Source: Batkoa obscura
Taxonomy: Eukaryota
Direction: 5' to 3'
NCBI GenBank assembly: GCA_030770535.1
Contig: JASVEC010000011.1
Location: 496,001-560,000 of the forward strand
DNA: 64,000 bases
The position numbers were made by a program, and so were the translations under genes. The notes beneath the pieces are model-generated. The model had not been told where the DNA came from. It worked only from the letters and a program-made list of their open reading frames with translations, and did not search any database. Positions 1-11,600 of this stretch are shown here, in pieces (the stretch's first letter is position 1; each line of letters begins with the position of its first letter).

Positions 1-51
1 AATTTACTTGTCGAAAATGATTTATTTGTAATAAAGAATAAACATATATAT

Positions 52-149
52 GGGGGTGTTTTTTTGGCTTCATCACTTTTTCCGTTTTTTAAGTGCTATT
101 TAAGTGGAAAAATTGTTAGTAAAATTCTTAAATACAAAAATACATCCTC
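52..149 (+). mobile_element. ~98-bp MITE (family A), Sola2-like termini
   Basis: GGGGGTGTTTTTT...ATACATCCTC termini; ATAT on both sides; same internal sequence recurs about 15 times in the window. Confidence 0.9.
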
Positions 150-328
150 ATATAGTAAATATATAAATGGAAACCCAATATACAAATTAGATAACCTGCT
201 AATTAAAGTTATAAGTAAAATCACATTGTATAAGTATGACAGACAGAACCAAATAAAAATTAAAAATAAATTAAAAATATAGCTATAAAAACTAACCCAA
301 AATTACTAAAAACTTGTATGATAACTTA

Positions 329-1099
329 ATGAAATTTACTTTTATCTTTACTCTTCTTAGTGCTGCTATTACTGCTGGTATTCCTTCCGAAATCCCACCT
401 GGTCGTATTGTAGGTGGTTATGAGGTATCTCCAAGATTTAAATACCCTTGGGTAGTATCCCTTGACTATGATGGCTTCCATTTCTGTGGTGGTACTTTAT
501 ATAATGGGAACACTGTTATTTCAGCTGCTCATTGTGCAAAAAGAGATATCTCACTATGGACTGCTCGTGTGCATCGTCATAATTTGAACGCAACTGAATC
601 TTCTGAACAAGGAAAAACTTACAATATCAAATCTCGTATTGTTCATCCATACTATAGATTACGCACTCGAGCATATGATATATCTATTTGGAAGCTTGAT
701 AATGCTTCTGGACCGTCTACTGGTATTAAAATTGATACTGGTACCTATTCTAATACTGATAACACCCTCCTCAAAGTTATTGGCTGGGGTGCTACTTCTT
801 ATGGCGGTAGCCTTTCATCAGTTCTTTTAGAGGTAAAAACACCAGTATTTAATATTGGTAACTGTAAGGAAGCTTATCCAATCTTGGATACTGAATCTCA
901 ATTTTGCGCTGCTTATCCAGAAGGTGGTAAAGATTCGTGCCAAGGCGATTCTGGAGGTCCAATGTTCATTGAAGAAGGTACTACTCCAATATTAGTCGGC
1001 ATCGTCTCATGGGGTGAAGGCTGTGCTCTTAAAGGCAAACCAGGTGTGTATACTCGCGCTTCAGCCGCTGTCGATTTTATAAAGGAAAATTCTAAATAA
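329..1099 (+). CDS. Secreted trypsin-like serine protease (S1A)
   Basis: Signal peptide MKFTFIFTLLSAAITA, activation site R-IVGG, SAAHC, DISIW, GDSGGP, S1 Asp in GKDSC; first ATG at 329. Confidence 0.97.
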   Translation: MKFTFIFTLLSAAITAGIPSEIPPGRIVGGYEVSPRFKYPWVVSLDYDGFHFCGGTLYNGNTVISAAHCAKRDISLWTARVHRHNLNATESSEQGKTYNIKSRIVHPYYRLRTRAYDISIWKLDNASGPSTGIKIDTGTYSNTDNTLLKVIGWGATSYGGSLSSVLLEVKTPVFNIGNCKEAYPILDTESQFCAAYPEGGKDSCQGDSGGPMFIEEGTTPILVGIVSWGEGCALKGKPGVYTRASAAVDFIKENSK

Positions 1100-1342
1100 A
1101 ATTATTACTAATAATAATGTTAACATTATTTATAAAATTTATAAGTCGTGAAGTCATTACATTCTTGATTTTACCTTATATAATTCTGCAAAAGATTTAT
1201 AAATTAAATAATAAAAAGTAGATATTTTAAGTTTAAAATTTTTTGAATTGTATTAACAAATATAAGTTTAAACTATATACTACCATTTGGATTTTTAACT
1301 GGGTTGTTATGTATAATATACTAATTTTAAGTGATCCTATAT

Positions 1343-1440
1343 GGGGATGTTTTTTTTGGTTTCATTATTTTTTCCATTTTTTAAGCGCTATTTGAGCGGG
1401 AAAATTGTTAGTAAAATTCTTAACATAAAAATACATCCCC
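1343..1440 (+). mobile_element. MITE family A
   Basis: GGGGATGT...ACATCCCC, ATAT TSD. Confidence 0.9.
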
Positions 1441-1630
1441 ATATAGTGATAAATGTCAAGCAAAATGCTATTGAAATGTAAAAACGGGTCATGGTTGAAA
1501 TAATTTTAAAGCTGAATATTTAAATTAATATTAGAAGTTCCCCTATGAAAAACGTATAAAATCCAATACAACTATTATACATACATGGCTATAAGATGAA
1601 ATAAAACTTGAAGAAGAATGGCAATCATAC

Positions 1631-1726
1631 GGGGATGTCTTTTTTGATTTCATTACTTTTCCCATTTTTTAAGTGCTATTTGAATGGAAAGGTTGTTAGT
1701 AAAATTCTTAAGAAAAATACATCCCC
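1631..1726 (+). mobile_element. MITE family A
   Basis: GGGGATGT...ACATCCCC; flanks ATAC/GTAT. Confidence 0.88.
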
Positions 1727-2376
1727 GTATAGTTTTTCAATCCACCAAGATTACCATAACCTTGAGTAAACTCAATAATCTCCTAAATAAAACACATGCT
1801 TCTTAGGCTTAGTAGTTTAACAAAGAATCAATGACATAATGTATCTAAATAGTAAAAATCTAACATCCTCAATTAAAGCTTTAGAGTTAAAAGATAGTAT
1901 TTATATAAACAATAAATGAAAATTGATATTTATAAAAAGTTTCAAATGTATCTATGAAGTTTGATTTCTGAGAAATATCAAGGTTCAAAAACGGCTATCC
2001 TTTTCCTTATATTTGTTATAATGTTAAATTAAAGTTAATTATCAATGATAGAACAATTATATCCCTTAACACAAATCACTTTTAAATTTATTCAATAGTT
2101 AAATTAAATACAATAAAGGCTTCTTTATCTCATTATTTCACTTCAAGCAGTTAAATTTATTTTGAATAGCCACGTTGAAACCAAGCTCTAATTTTCGATG
2201 ACATTTATAGTGGTTTGGAAGCAAATTTACTGCCAATAAAATTCAATAAGAAAAGTGATTTAATAAATTAGTACAGCCAATAAAAATTCAGTATTCATTT
2301 AGATTTTTACAAGTGCTAGATGATATAAAAGTTATAAAGGTTTAAACATCTCTTATTACGAGAATATAATAGGACA

Positions 2377-4735
2377 ATGACAGTCTTACTGGATATATGC
2401 CAATGCATCGAGGTGGGTAGGGAACTAATATCTGAAGGAGAAGAAACCAAAATACTTACTGGACAAATGAGTAAAATTACCCGTAAAGTAAAGAGAGGGG
2501 AATTGATAATCGAGGATATTAAAAAGAATTTTGACGCCGATGAAGAGCCTAATACAAAACGATTAGGGATTGTGGTAAAGAATTATTTATCAATATTAGC
2601 ATCTTGTTTAGAATTTGTGCAAGCATTGAATAAAAAATATGCAATCACTAATATGCTAAATTCAGAAAATCATAAGAAAGCACTTTACTCTATTTTAAAT
2701 GATATCGAACAAGCCATTTTTGAATTAGACACTGAAGCATGTTTAATCGAAAGATTAAACTTTGAAAAGGCCAAGAAGAGCATGCAAGCTATAGCTGAAG
2801 AAGATAAAGTATTAAATTCCGTGGTTGTTCAAAATGAAACTAAAGTTGATAATAAAGGTAAATTTTTATCAAAAGTAATTATAATTATTTTACAAGAGTA
2901 TAGTAACTACAGATACAAACCATGAAGGTAAAAAAACCGAAATCAGCGTTGAATCTAAAAATAAGGAAGAAAATGAAGTTTTGCCATCTAAATTAACTTC
3001 AAACCAACCAGAAAATGACATACCATCATCCTCGGATTTAAATGCTAGCAACGCTGAAAGCAATATTAATATTATAAATGACTCAAAGCCAGAGAATATG
3101 GCTATTAGCCAAGAACAACCCAATATTATTGGAACAAAAGGTGAGAGTAGGATTAATTCAACAGGTATTAATATTCAACAAGTGCACCAAAAGTTAGATA
3201 ACGTCGGTTCCAAAGATACAAAGATACAACTAGAAGTAAATTTGAATGTAAATAGCGCCATTAGTAATGTTAAGGAGGATGAGGTACATCAACTAACACA
3301 AGAGATGGAAGAAATGAAAATAGAAAAGCCTTATAATATATTAAGTGAGGAGTTCAAAGCATTTCTGAAAACCCATTATATCCCAGGTGGTAATTTAGTT
3401 CAAGAAGACAATCTGAATAAGAATAAAAATGTTAATGAGTTTGAGCACTATAAAATAAAGAAATATAAAATCTATTTTCCAGGATGTGTAGAATTGGTTG
3501 AAGAAAAAAGTTATGTAAATAAGTATCAAGATAATTTAAAAATGATATTAAAAGAGATAGCCAATTTACATAATTTACAGGGATCCCCTTATGTTGTTCG
3601 TTTGTTTGGAATAACAGATTCTAGTTTTGGGATGCCTGACTTTTATCCTTACTCAGTTTTGGTTGAAACTACTTCTAGTGGTTGTTTATATGATTATATA
3701 AAATATGGCAAAAATAAAGGAGTAGAGTTCAATTTGACCTTAATGGAAGACATTGCACACGGTTTAGTTTATCTCCATCACACTCGTAATTTCAGTCATA
3801 ATAACCTAAATGCATATAACATATTAATCACTGAAAGTAATCGGGGAAAAATTACAGGCTTCGAATTTTCAGTAAAATCAAGCAGCACCAATAATGATGT
3901 CAATAATTATTCCATATTTAATCTATATAAAAATGATGCAAATAATATACCATTAAGCAAATTAATTTGGTTGGATCCATATTATGTTAACAGTTCTAAT
4001 CAAAATATATCAAATTATTATAATGATATTTATAGTTATGGTTTATTATTTTTTAGTTTATTCTCGTTAACACTACCTTATGATAAATTAACCAAAGAAG
4101 AAGTTTATAATAATATGAAAAACAATATGACACCAAACAAACATTTAATAAATCAACAATATCATTTACTATTGGAGCGCACATGGGATCCAAAGCCAGA
4201 AAATCGACCAAATGCCCATCAATTATTGAGTTTGCTAAACGAACCAGTCCATCTCATTCTTCCAGATCAACAATATCACCTACAACCCCAATTTCAATTA
4301 CCACCTTCCCCTTCTAATTTCTTTTCTCCTCAATTTCAAGATGCTAATATCTCATCAATGCCACAACTACCACCAACAAATCCCAACCTCAATTATTATA
4401 GTATGCCAATGATGCCATTTCCTAATGTTTCAAGTTATAATCCAAGTTCAAATCCATCTCCTTATACTACTCCCCAAACAACATTATCTCCCACTAATTT
4501 TAATCCATCATTTCCCACTTTTCCAAATCATAATATGGTAAATAGCTCCAATAAGAATAATGCTATTGGTCAAAATCTCAATTATTCAAATACACCATCA
4601 CACAGCACTAGTAGTCTCAATTCTATTAAATACACCAATTCGCCTATGATGCCGCCACCTTTGCCATCTAAAAACAATGATGAAAATAATAATTCTGGAG
4701 TTAAGTTACCACCTTTACCACCTAGGAGAAGATGA
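2377..4735 (+). CDS. MLKL-like protein: N-terminal 4-helix-bundle-like domain, linker, pseudokinase, Pro/Asn-rich tail; join(2377..2857,2913..4735), ~767 aa
   Basis: 55-nt GTAAAT...CTACAG intron joins ORFs 2377 and 2981 in frame; kinase fold with HNNLNAYNIL (HRD lost) and KITGFE (DFG replaced); amphipathic helical N-terminal ~120 aa. Confidence 0.75.
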
Positions 4736-4909
4736 AATGAAAAACATTGATTAAAGTTAACTATTAAATTTATTTGCTAGGCCCAATTTTTGAATAATTA
4801 AACAAACTTAATGTCTATTTGAATAAAACACTTTTACTATTGGTTTGGTAATGCTTTTATACATTTCTGAAATGTTAATATTTTCTTAAATACTCCAAAA
4901 AAGTATGTT

Positions 4910-4982
4910 TGCTCCGTATAGGGGTCGAACCTATGACCTTAGCGTTATTAGCACCACGCTCTGCCAACTGAGCTAACGGAGC
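4910..4982 (-). tRNA. tRNA-Ile (AAT)
   Basis: Cloverleaf: acceptor GCTCCGT/ACGGAGC, D arm GCTC/GAGC, anticodon loop CT-AAT-AA, T loop TTCGACC. Confidence 0.95.
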
Positions 4983-6067
4983 CTCTTTTCGTTGTCTGTT
5001 TAAGCTGAAAAATATATTTTTAAAAATATAAAATTATTAAAAAAATGACATCAAACCCACAAATCAAAAAAAAGCTTAGTAATAAATACAAAAAGTTCAA
5101 ACATATTTAAACTTTATCAACTAAAACAACTATGATGAAATTAGGATTTTGCTAAATATTTTATAGTATTAAACGATTCAAAACGTTTACTCTTTTTATT
5201 TTGTTTAGTATAAATAGAATTTCGTGCAACATTCTCCACCTTTCACCCATTCTGGAGTTTTAAAACAATTTGAGTTGTACCTTTGTTGATCAAATCATTA
5301 TAAAAATATATTAAAACAAAATAAAATTGTCCTTTATACATCTGTTTTTAAACTTCTTAAATTATACCTAACTTTTGTTGATTCAAAATCTGAAATATAA
5401 TTAAATTTTATTCAAAAAGTATAAGCATATATATTTTTATCGAGGTCTAATATGCGTTTTATAAAACCCAATACCACGTACTACACTCATTTATAAAGTA
5501 AACTTTTACGTAGTATTATCCAATCGTAAATAAGATAGATTACTACTAACTTATGGACTTAAATTAAAATTATCTTAATGAAAAACTTTAAATAAATGAT
5601 TTATAAGAAAAGAAGCATCTTACAAAAATAATTAATTTTGATCAACGCTAATAAAATAATTTCAAATAAGGTTTTAAATTTAATATTGAGTATTACGATG
5701 ATCTATGAAATAAAAATTTACTAAATATAGTAAAAAATAAAAAATTTGAGTTTATTGAAATTAAAATGAATTGAATTGTGCTAAAACTAATTTATAAGTT
5801 AGAAATAAATAATTAAATTTTGTAAAAATAAAAATAAGAATAAAACATTTTTTTAAAAAAGAACAAGAATAATAACAATAAATTTCAAGTTATTTTATTT
5901 TATTGCTATTATGATCTACTAAAATTAGTGAATAAATTTAACTTTTATTTCATTTTCCTTCGCCTTTGGTTTACTTTTTTTCTTTTATTACTAACACTTT
6001 CTCTTATTTAAAGATACCTGGCTGTACTCTTTTAATTACACTTAGTTGCGTTTCACTTTTATTTCAA

Positions 6068-6955
6068 ATGGATTTAATAAATAGTATGAGTAACGAGGAA
6101 ATGGGCGACATTTCAATAGGCAATTCTAGCATCATAGAACCTTATTATTATACCTTGGACGAAGGTTATCTTACACATTACTCTACCCCAATAATTCAAT
6201 TACAACCCAACCATGATTTATGGGGGAATGAAATTTCATCGGAATCGCCACCTTTAAATCAATTTGTGGATTACTTTAACCCGGATATACATTTAAGCTG
6301 GAATTATCCAACGAATAATAGTAGCAGTAGTGGTAATAGTAAGAACACAGAGAATACTAATAATAGCACCTTTAACGAAGTCTCCAATACGAGTTTTATC
6401 ATAAATGAACACCATCATCCATATTTAAATTATTATAATTATAATCATTATCGCCATACTAATCAGCAGCATTATAACGAGCATTCTATAAATAATACTT
6501 ATAACAATAACAACATAGTTTACAATCCAAATATATACATCATAAACAAAGAGGACAAAACACTATCAAAAAACAAGTCGGATATAGAAAAGGAAAAAAA
6601 GGAAGAAAAAAAGAAATTGCACAATCATAGCAATAGTCCAATTAAGAAAAAGAAAGAAGGAAAATTTGAATGCAACTTTAATGGATGTGGCAAAAAATTT
6701 ACACGACCCTACAATTTAAAAGCACATTTTAGGATTCACACTAAAGAAAGACCGTTTATTTGTGAAATTTGCCAGTTTTCATTTTCGAGACTACACGATA
6801 TGAAAAGACATTCAAATCTTCATACTGGCATTAAACCATTTCAATGCCCCTCTTGTGATAAATCTTTTGCCCGACTCGATGCCCTTAATAGGCATTATAA
6901 AAAGGATTTGAATACTTGCGCCACTATTTCTAGAGGTAAAAAGAAGAGTCTATAA
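6068..6955 (+). CDS. Crz1-like C2H2 zinc-finger transcription factor
   Basis: Three C-terminal fingers [30 protein letters not shown] resemble Crz1 recognition helices; Asn/Ser-rich N-terminus; first ATG at 6068. Confidence 0.85.
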   Translation: MDLINSMSNEEMGDISIGNSSIIEPYYYTLDEGYLTHYSTPIIQLQPNHDLWGNEISSESPPLNQFVDYFNPDIHLSWNYPTNNSSSSGNSKNTENTNNSTFNEVSNTSFIINEHHHPYLNYYNYNHYRHTNQQHYNEHSINNTYNNNNIVYNPNIYIINKEDKTLSKNKSDIEKEKKEEKKKLHNHSNSPIKKKKEGKFECNFNGCGKKFTRPYNLKAHFRIHTKERPFICEICQFSFSRLHDMKRHSNLHTGIKPFQCPSCDKSFARLDALNRHYKKDLNTCATISRGKKKSL

Positions 6956-7204
6956 AAATAAAAGTATATAAATTTTATCAATGATTATAAAAATGTTATT
7001 GTTATAATATACTATTTACCTTTTTAGAGGTAAGGGGCAGCAACATAAAAGTAAAAATCTATCGTTATATTTTCTCTCCAATGTATGATAAAAGTGAATA
7101 AAATGATAAAGTATTTTAAAAATATACAATTTTAAACTGAATTTAAATATTGATTGGATAAACTAATAAAAAAATTAACAAAACTAAAAATTAGGATGTT
7201 AGTA

Positions 7205-7412
7205 TACTATCTTCACTTATGGTTTACGCATTTTTACAAAAATAGTAAACATTTTGTAATACGAATTTTACCAATTGATTAAAAAAAATTGCACATTTCA
7301 CGTAAACTTGAGACTAAATTTCTTATATCTATAAGGATCTGTAAAGTTCTTTTCAAGCAAATTACGATACTTATTTTTGTAAAGTGCGTAAACCGTAAGT
7401 GAAAAAATAGTG
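7205..7412. mobile_element. Putative MITE with ~40-bp imperfect TIRs
   Basis: TTCACTTATGGTTTACGCATTTTTACAAAAATA is the near reverse complement of TATTTTTGTAAAGTGCGTAAACCGTAAGTGAA. Confidence 0.6.
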
Positions 7413-7973
7413 CATAATATTTTGCACAAGATATTTCATTTTAATTTGAAAATTTATAATTTTTTTCTTACAAATTTTAAACAAAAAAATTTCACAATTT
7501 TTCAAGTTTCTATGATATTTTACCGATTTTTTGTGTCTTTTGCTAGTATTTTTATTAGCTTTTTAGTTTCAATGTTAGCAAGTTGAGTTATGATATTTTA
7601 ATATAAATCTGTTAAACTTCATATTTTTAAAATTATCATATTTTTCAAAAATGATTTATTAAAAGTGACATAGTTTTCACATATTTTTTGATAGTTTTCA
7701 ATGTAAAATTACAAATATAAAGTGGGTAATGTTTTGTTTAATATTATAATTTTTAAGATTTTACATACACTTTTACCTATGAGACAGTTCAAAAAAGAAG
7801 TAGACTTTATAAACAATTACTAACGTTAAATCGGAAATATCGCCAAAGTTGATATTAAATGTTAGTCACTATCTTTCTACATAATTATATATTTTAATGG
7901 CTTATATAAATTATTCTAGTAGATTCTGAACATTTGTAATTTGAAACAGTTAATTTATAGTACACCAATATAT

Positions 7974-8072
7974 GAGGATGTTTTTTTTAGTTTCATTACT
8001 TTTTCCATTTTTTAAGCGCTATTTGAGCGGAAAAATTGTTAGTAAAATTTTTAAACAAAAAGATACATCCCC
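7974..8072 (+). mobile_element. MITE family A
   Basis: GAGGATGT...ACATCCCC, ATAT TSD. Confidence 0.9.
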
Positions 8073-8617
8073 ATATTGTTATTTGGGTAAATTGTTGCTC
8101 AGAAAATACTAATAAAAGTTCGAATAGTCAAAACTAAAACTAAAACTATTAGTTAATCTTTTAAATAAAGTTAAACTAATTTTTTTTAATATTTGTTACT
8201 AAACATTTATATGTATGATTTAATTGAATAAGCTCAACAAATAAGAAGCTCAATGCTTTTATATGAATTCCTCAAGAATTATCCAAATAAATTAAATTAT
8301 TATTGCTGGTCCAATTTAAATGTGGATTGGGCATTTTAATCTTATGTTTGCTAAATATAAAAATAGAAATAACGTTCATGATTTAACTTAACTGATACAA
8401 AATTGAAAATACCTAATTCATGTTTAAATTGGGATAATAGTATAATCACCGGATAATACTTCAATGTAAAAACATACATTTAATTTCAAAGTATTATTAA
8501 ATGTTTAAGTATCCGTTTTATTACATGATTCTTATAAAGCTATATAAATAAGCTATATTTAAATTAAAAACTATAAAAAGGTGATTGAGGTAACTCAGAA
8601 ATAGTAACCTAATAAAT

Positions 8618-11600
8618 ATGTTCAATTTTAATAAGAAATATAATAACGAAGTGAACGAAAAGGATATTGGGTTAGAAGAAGAAAAAGAAGAAGAAAAGAG
8701 TGTAGAAAATGTACCTTTCCTTAAATTATTCAAATTTGCTACAGCTAAAGACAAATTATTAATATCTTTTGCATCATCAGTTTCTATTATTAATGGTATA
8801 TCTCAACCAATTTTATTTTTATTATTCTCCCAAGCCATTAGCTTATTTGGTGACTATCAAAAGAGTTACTCTGAGAATCCAGATCTCGCTAATAAAACAT
8901 TAAGAGAGACTGTTGATTTCTTATGTATTATGTTTGTCATAGTTGGAGCTATTACTGCAGTCGCTGCTTACTTTCAATTGTCACTTTGGTTAATGGTTGG
9001 GGAAAGTCAGGCTGTAAGAATCAGAAACAAATATTATCATTCGGTTTTAAGTCAAGAAATAGGCTGGTTTGATTCTATTTCTTCAGGAGATATTGCTTCA
9101 CGCATAGCTGGTGATATTAATTTGGTTCAAGATGGCATATCAGATAAAGTCGGTCTTCTTATACAATATGTTACCTGCTTTATTGTAGCTTTCATTGTAG
9201 CTTTTATAAAGGGGTGGAAACTAACTTTAGTAATGTTAACTTCACTGCCACTAATGGGTGTTGCTAGTATGCTCATAAGTCATGATATTGCAGATACCTC
9301 TAAAAATGGCCAAGGTGTATATGGTGAAGCAGGGTCGATAGCTGAAGAAGTACTGTCTGCTATTAAAACAATCTATTCGTTTAATACTCAGGAAAAAGAG
9401 CAAAATAGATATGAAGATAAACTAAAATTAGCTCGTAAAAAAGGATTTCGTAAAGCTTTTTTTTCTGGTTTAAATAATGGTATCTTTCTATTTATTATAT
9501 TTGCAAGCTATGCTCTGGCTATGTGGTATGGTGGTAAATTAATTCGAGATGGGGAGCAAGGCACTGTTGATGTGCTAGCTGTCTTTTTTAATGTTCTAGT
9601 TGGATCTATGGTATTAGGCATGACCTCCCCTTCTCTTACTGCTATTGCTACAGCACAAGGTGCTGCTACTAAACTATTCGAAATCATTGAAAGAGAATCA
9701 AATATTGATCCATTTTTAATAACTGAAGAACATGTGAAAAATCAATCTAAAATGTCACCAGTAAAAGGGAGTATAACATTTGAAAATGTACAATTCAGTT
9801 ATCCATCTAGACTGGATGTTCAGATCCTTAAAGGTATTAGTTTTGAAGCATTAAAAGGACAAACAGTTGCTTTAGTTGGTCATTCTGGTAGTGGTAAAAG
9901 TACATGTATTAGTTTGATAGAAAGATTTTATACACCAACATCTGGAAGGATTTTGTTAGATGGAATAGATATCTCTCAAATCTCAAATAAATTCTTAAAA
10001 GAACATGTTGGCTTAGTAGGTCAAGAACCATGTTTGTTTGGTACCACCATTAAACAGAACATCTTATTTGGTTTAAAGAACGATGATGAGTTTAAAGCTG
10101 ATGCTAAACAATTACATGATCGTGTTGTAAATGCTTGTAAACTAGCTAACATCCATGATTTTATCATGAAGTTACCACAACAATATGATACTATGGTTGG
10201 TGATCGTGGGTCTCAATTAAGTGGAGGACAAAAGCAAAGAATAGCTATTGCTAGAGCTATAATTAAAGATCCAACTATATTATTACTTGATGAAGCCACC
10301 TCAGCGTTAGATACTGAATCAGAAAGAATTGTTCAAAAAGCATTAGATAATGCTGCTAAAGATAGAACAACTATTGTGATTGCTCATCGTTTATCTACTA
10401 TTAAAAAAGCAGATAAGATTGTTGTCTTTGACGAGGGTACTATTATTGAAGAAGGAAGCCATAACGAATTAATTGAGCTTAACGGTGCTTATGCTAATTT
10501 AGTTAAACAACAAGAAATTAGAAAGGGTGGGAATGAAGGAAAAAGCAAATACGATGCTGTAATAAGCACTGATATAAATGAAGATAAAGTAGTATTAGAT
10601 ATTGAAAACATTGAATTAAATGAAGTTCTATTTAAAATAGAAAGCCAAGTTAAACCACTTCCAGAAGTTTTGGTCAAAGACAAAAATCAACCAGTAGCAT
10701 TAGCAAGATGTTTAAGAATGGTAAGATCATATTGGTATTATGGACTGTGTGGATCTATCGGTGCGATTATAGATGGAGTTTCTTACCCCATTGAAGCAAT
10801 TATTCTCACTAATGCCATAGAATCTTTTATAGGATTAACTACTCCACAATTAGTAGAGAAATCTCAGATTAATATTAATTTCTCCTCGCTCATGTTTTTG
10901 GTGTTAGCTATTGTTTGTTTTATTGCTGGTCTTATGAGGTACGCTGGCTTCAACACGCTAGGAGAACACCTTACTTATGAAATTCGTAGAAGATGCTTCC
11001 GTTCTTTATTAACTCAAGAAGTTGGTTTTTATGATGCTCCTGAAAACTCGGTTGGAATTATCACTGGTAAACTATCAACTGAGGCTGAGAATGTTCAAGG
11101 TTTAGTTGGTAAATTTTTAGGGCCGATTTTTAGTGCGTTATCTTGTACTGTTATTAGCTTGATTATTGCTTTTTTAAGCGGATGGAAACTCACTATGGTT
11201 GCGTTAGCTACAGTGCCATTTACTGCTTATGGTCAACTTGTTGAAGTATCTGCATTAACTGATGTTAATGAAAAAACAAAGCTTGCTTATTTAAAAGCGT
11301 CCCAAATTGCTATGGAGTCAATTATTAATAAGCGCACTATCAACTCACTAAATAGAGAGACTATATTTTTCGAGGACTATTTAGGAAGAGTTGAAAAAGC
11401 TCACCAAGTTTCCAAGAAAGGCTATCTTAAATCAGCAGTAGGATATTCATTTGCTATGAGTATCCCGCATTTTGTCAATGCTTTGCTATTTTGGTATGGC
11501 ACTACTTTAATTATTTCTCAAGAATATGATTATAAAAGTATTTTCCAAATTATCAATTCAATTATGTTCATGGGAATGTCATTTGGGTATGCTTCTAGTG

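Noticed and set aside
64..282. Small ORFs starting MASSLF or containing WGCFF (64, 18245, 48547, 52378, 60490, 60498, 61131)
   Set aside because: They are translations of family A MITE sequence, not genes
52..1726. Recurring ~98-bp repeats as a CRISPR-like array
   Set aside because: Dispersed, in both orientations, with TIRs and TSDs; eukaryotic context and no cas genes
3060..3270. RHIM or amyloid motif in the MLKL-like linker (GINIQQV, KIQLEVNLNV)
   Set aside because: No (I/V)Q(I/V)G core; resemblance too weak
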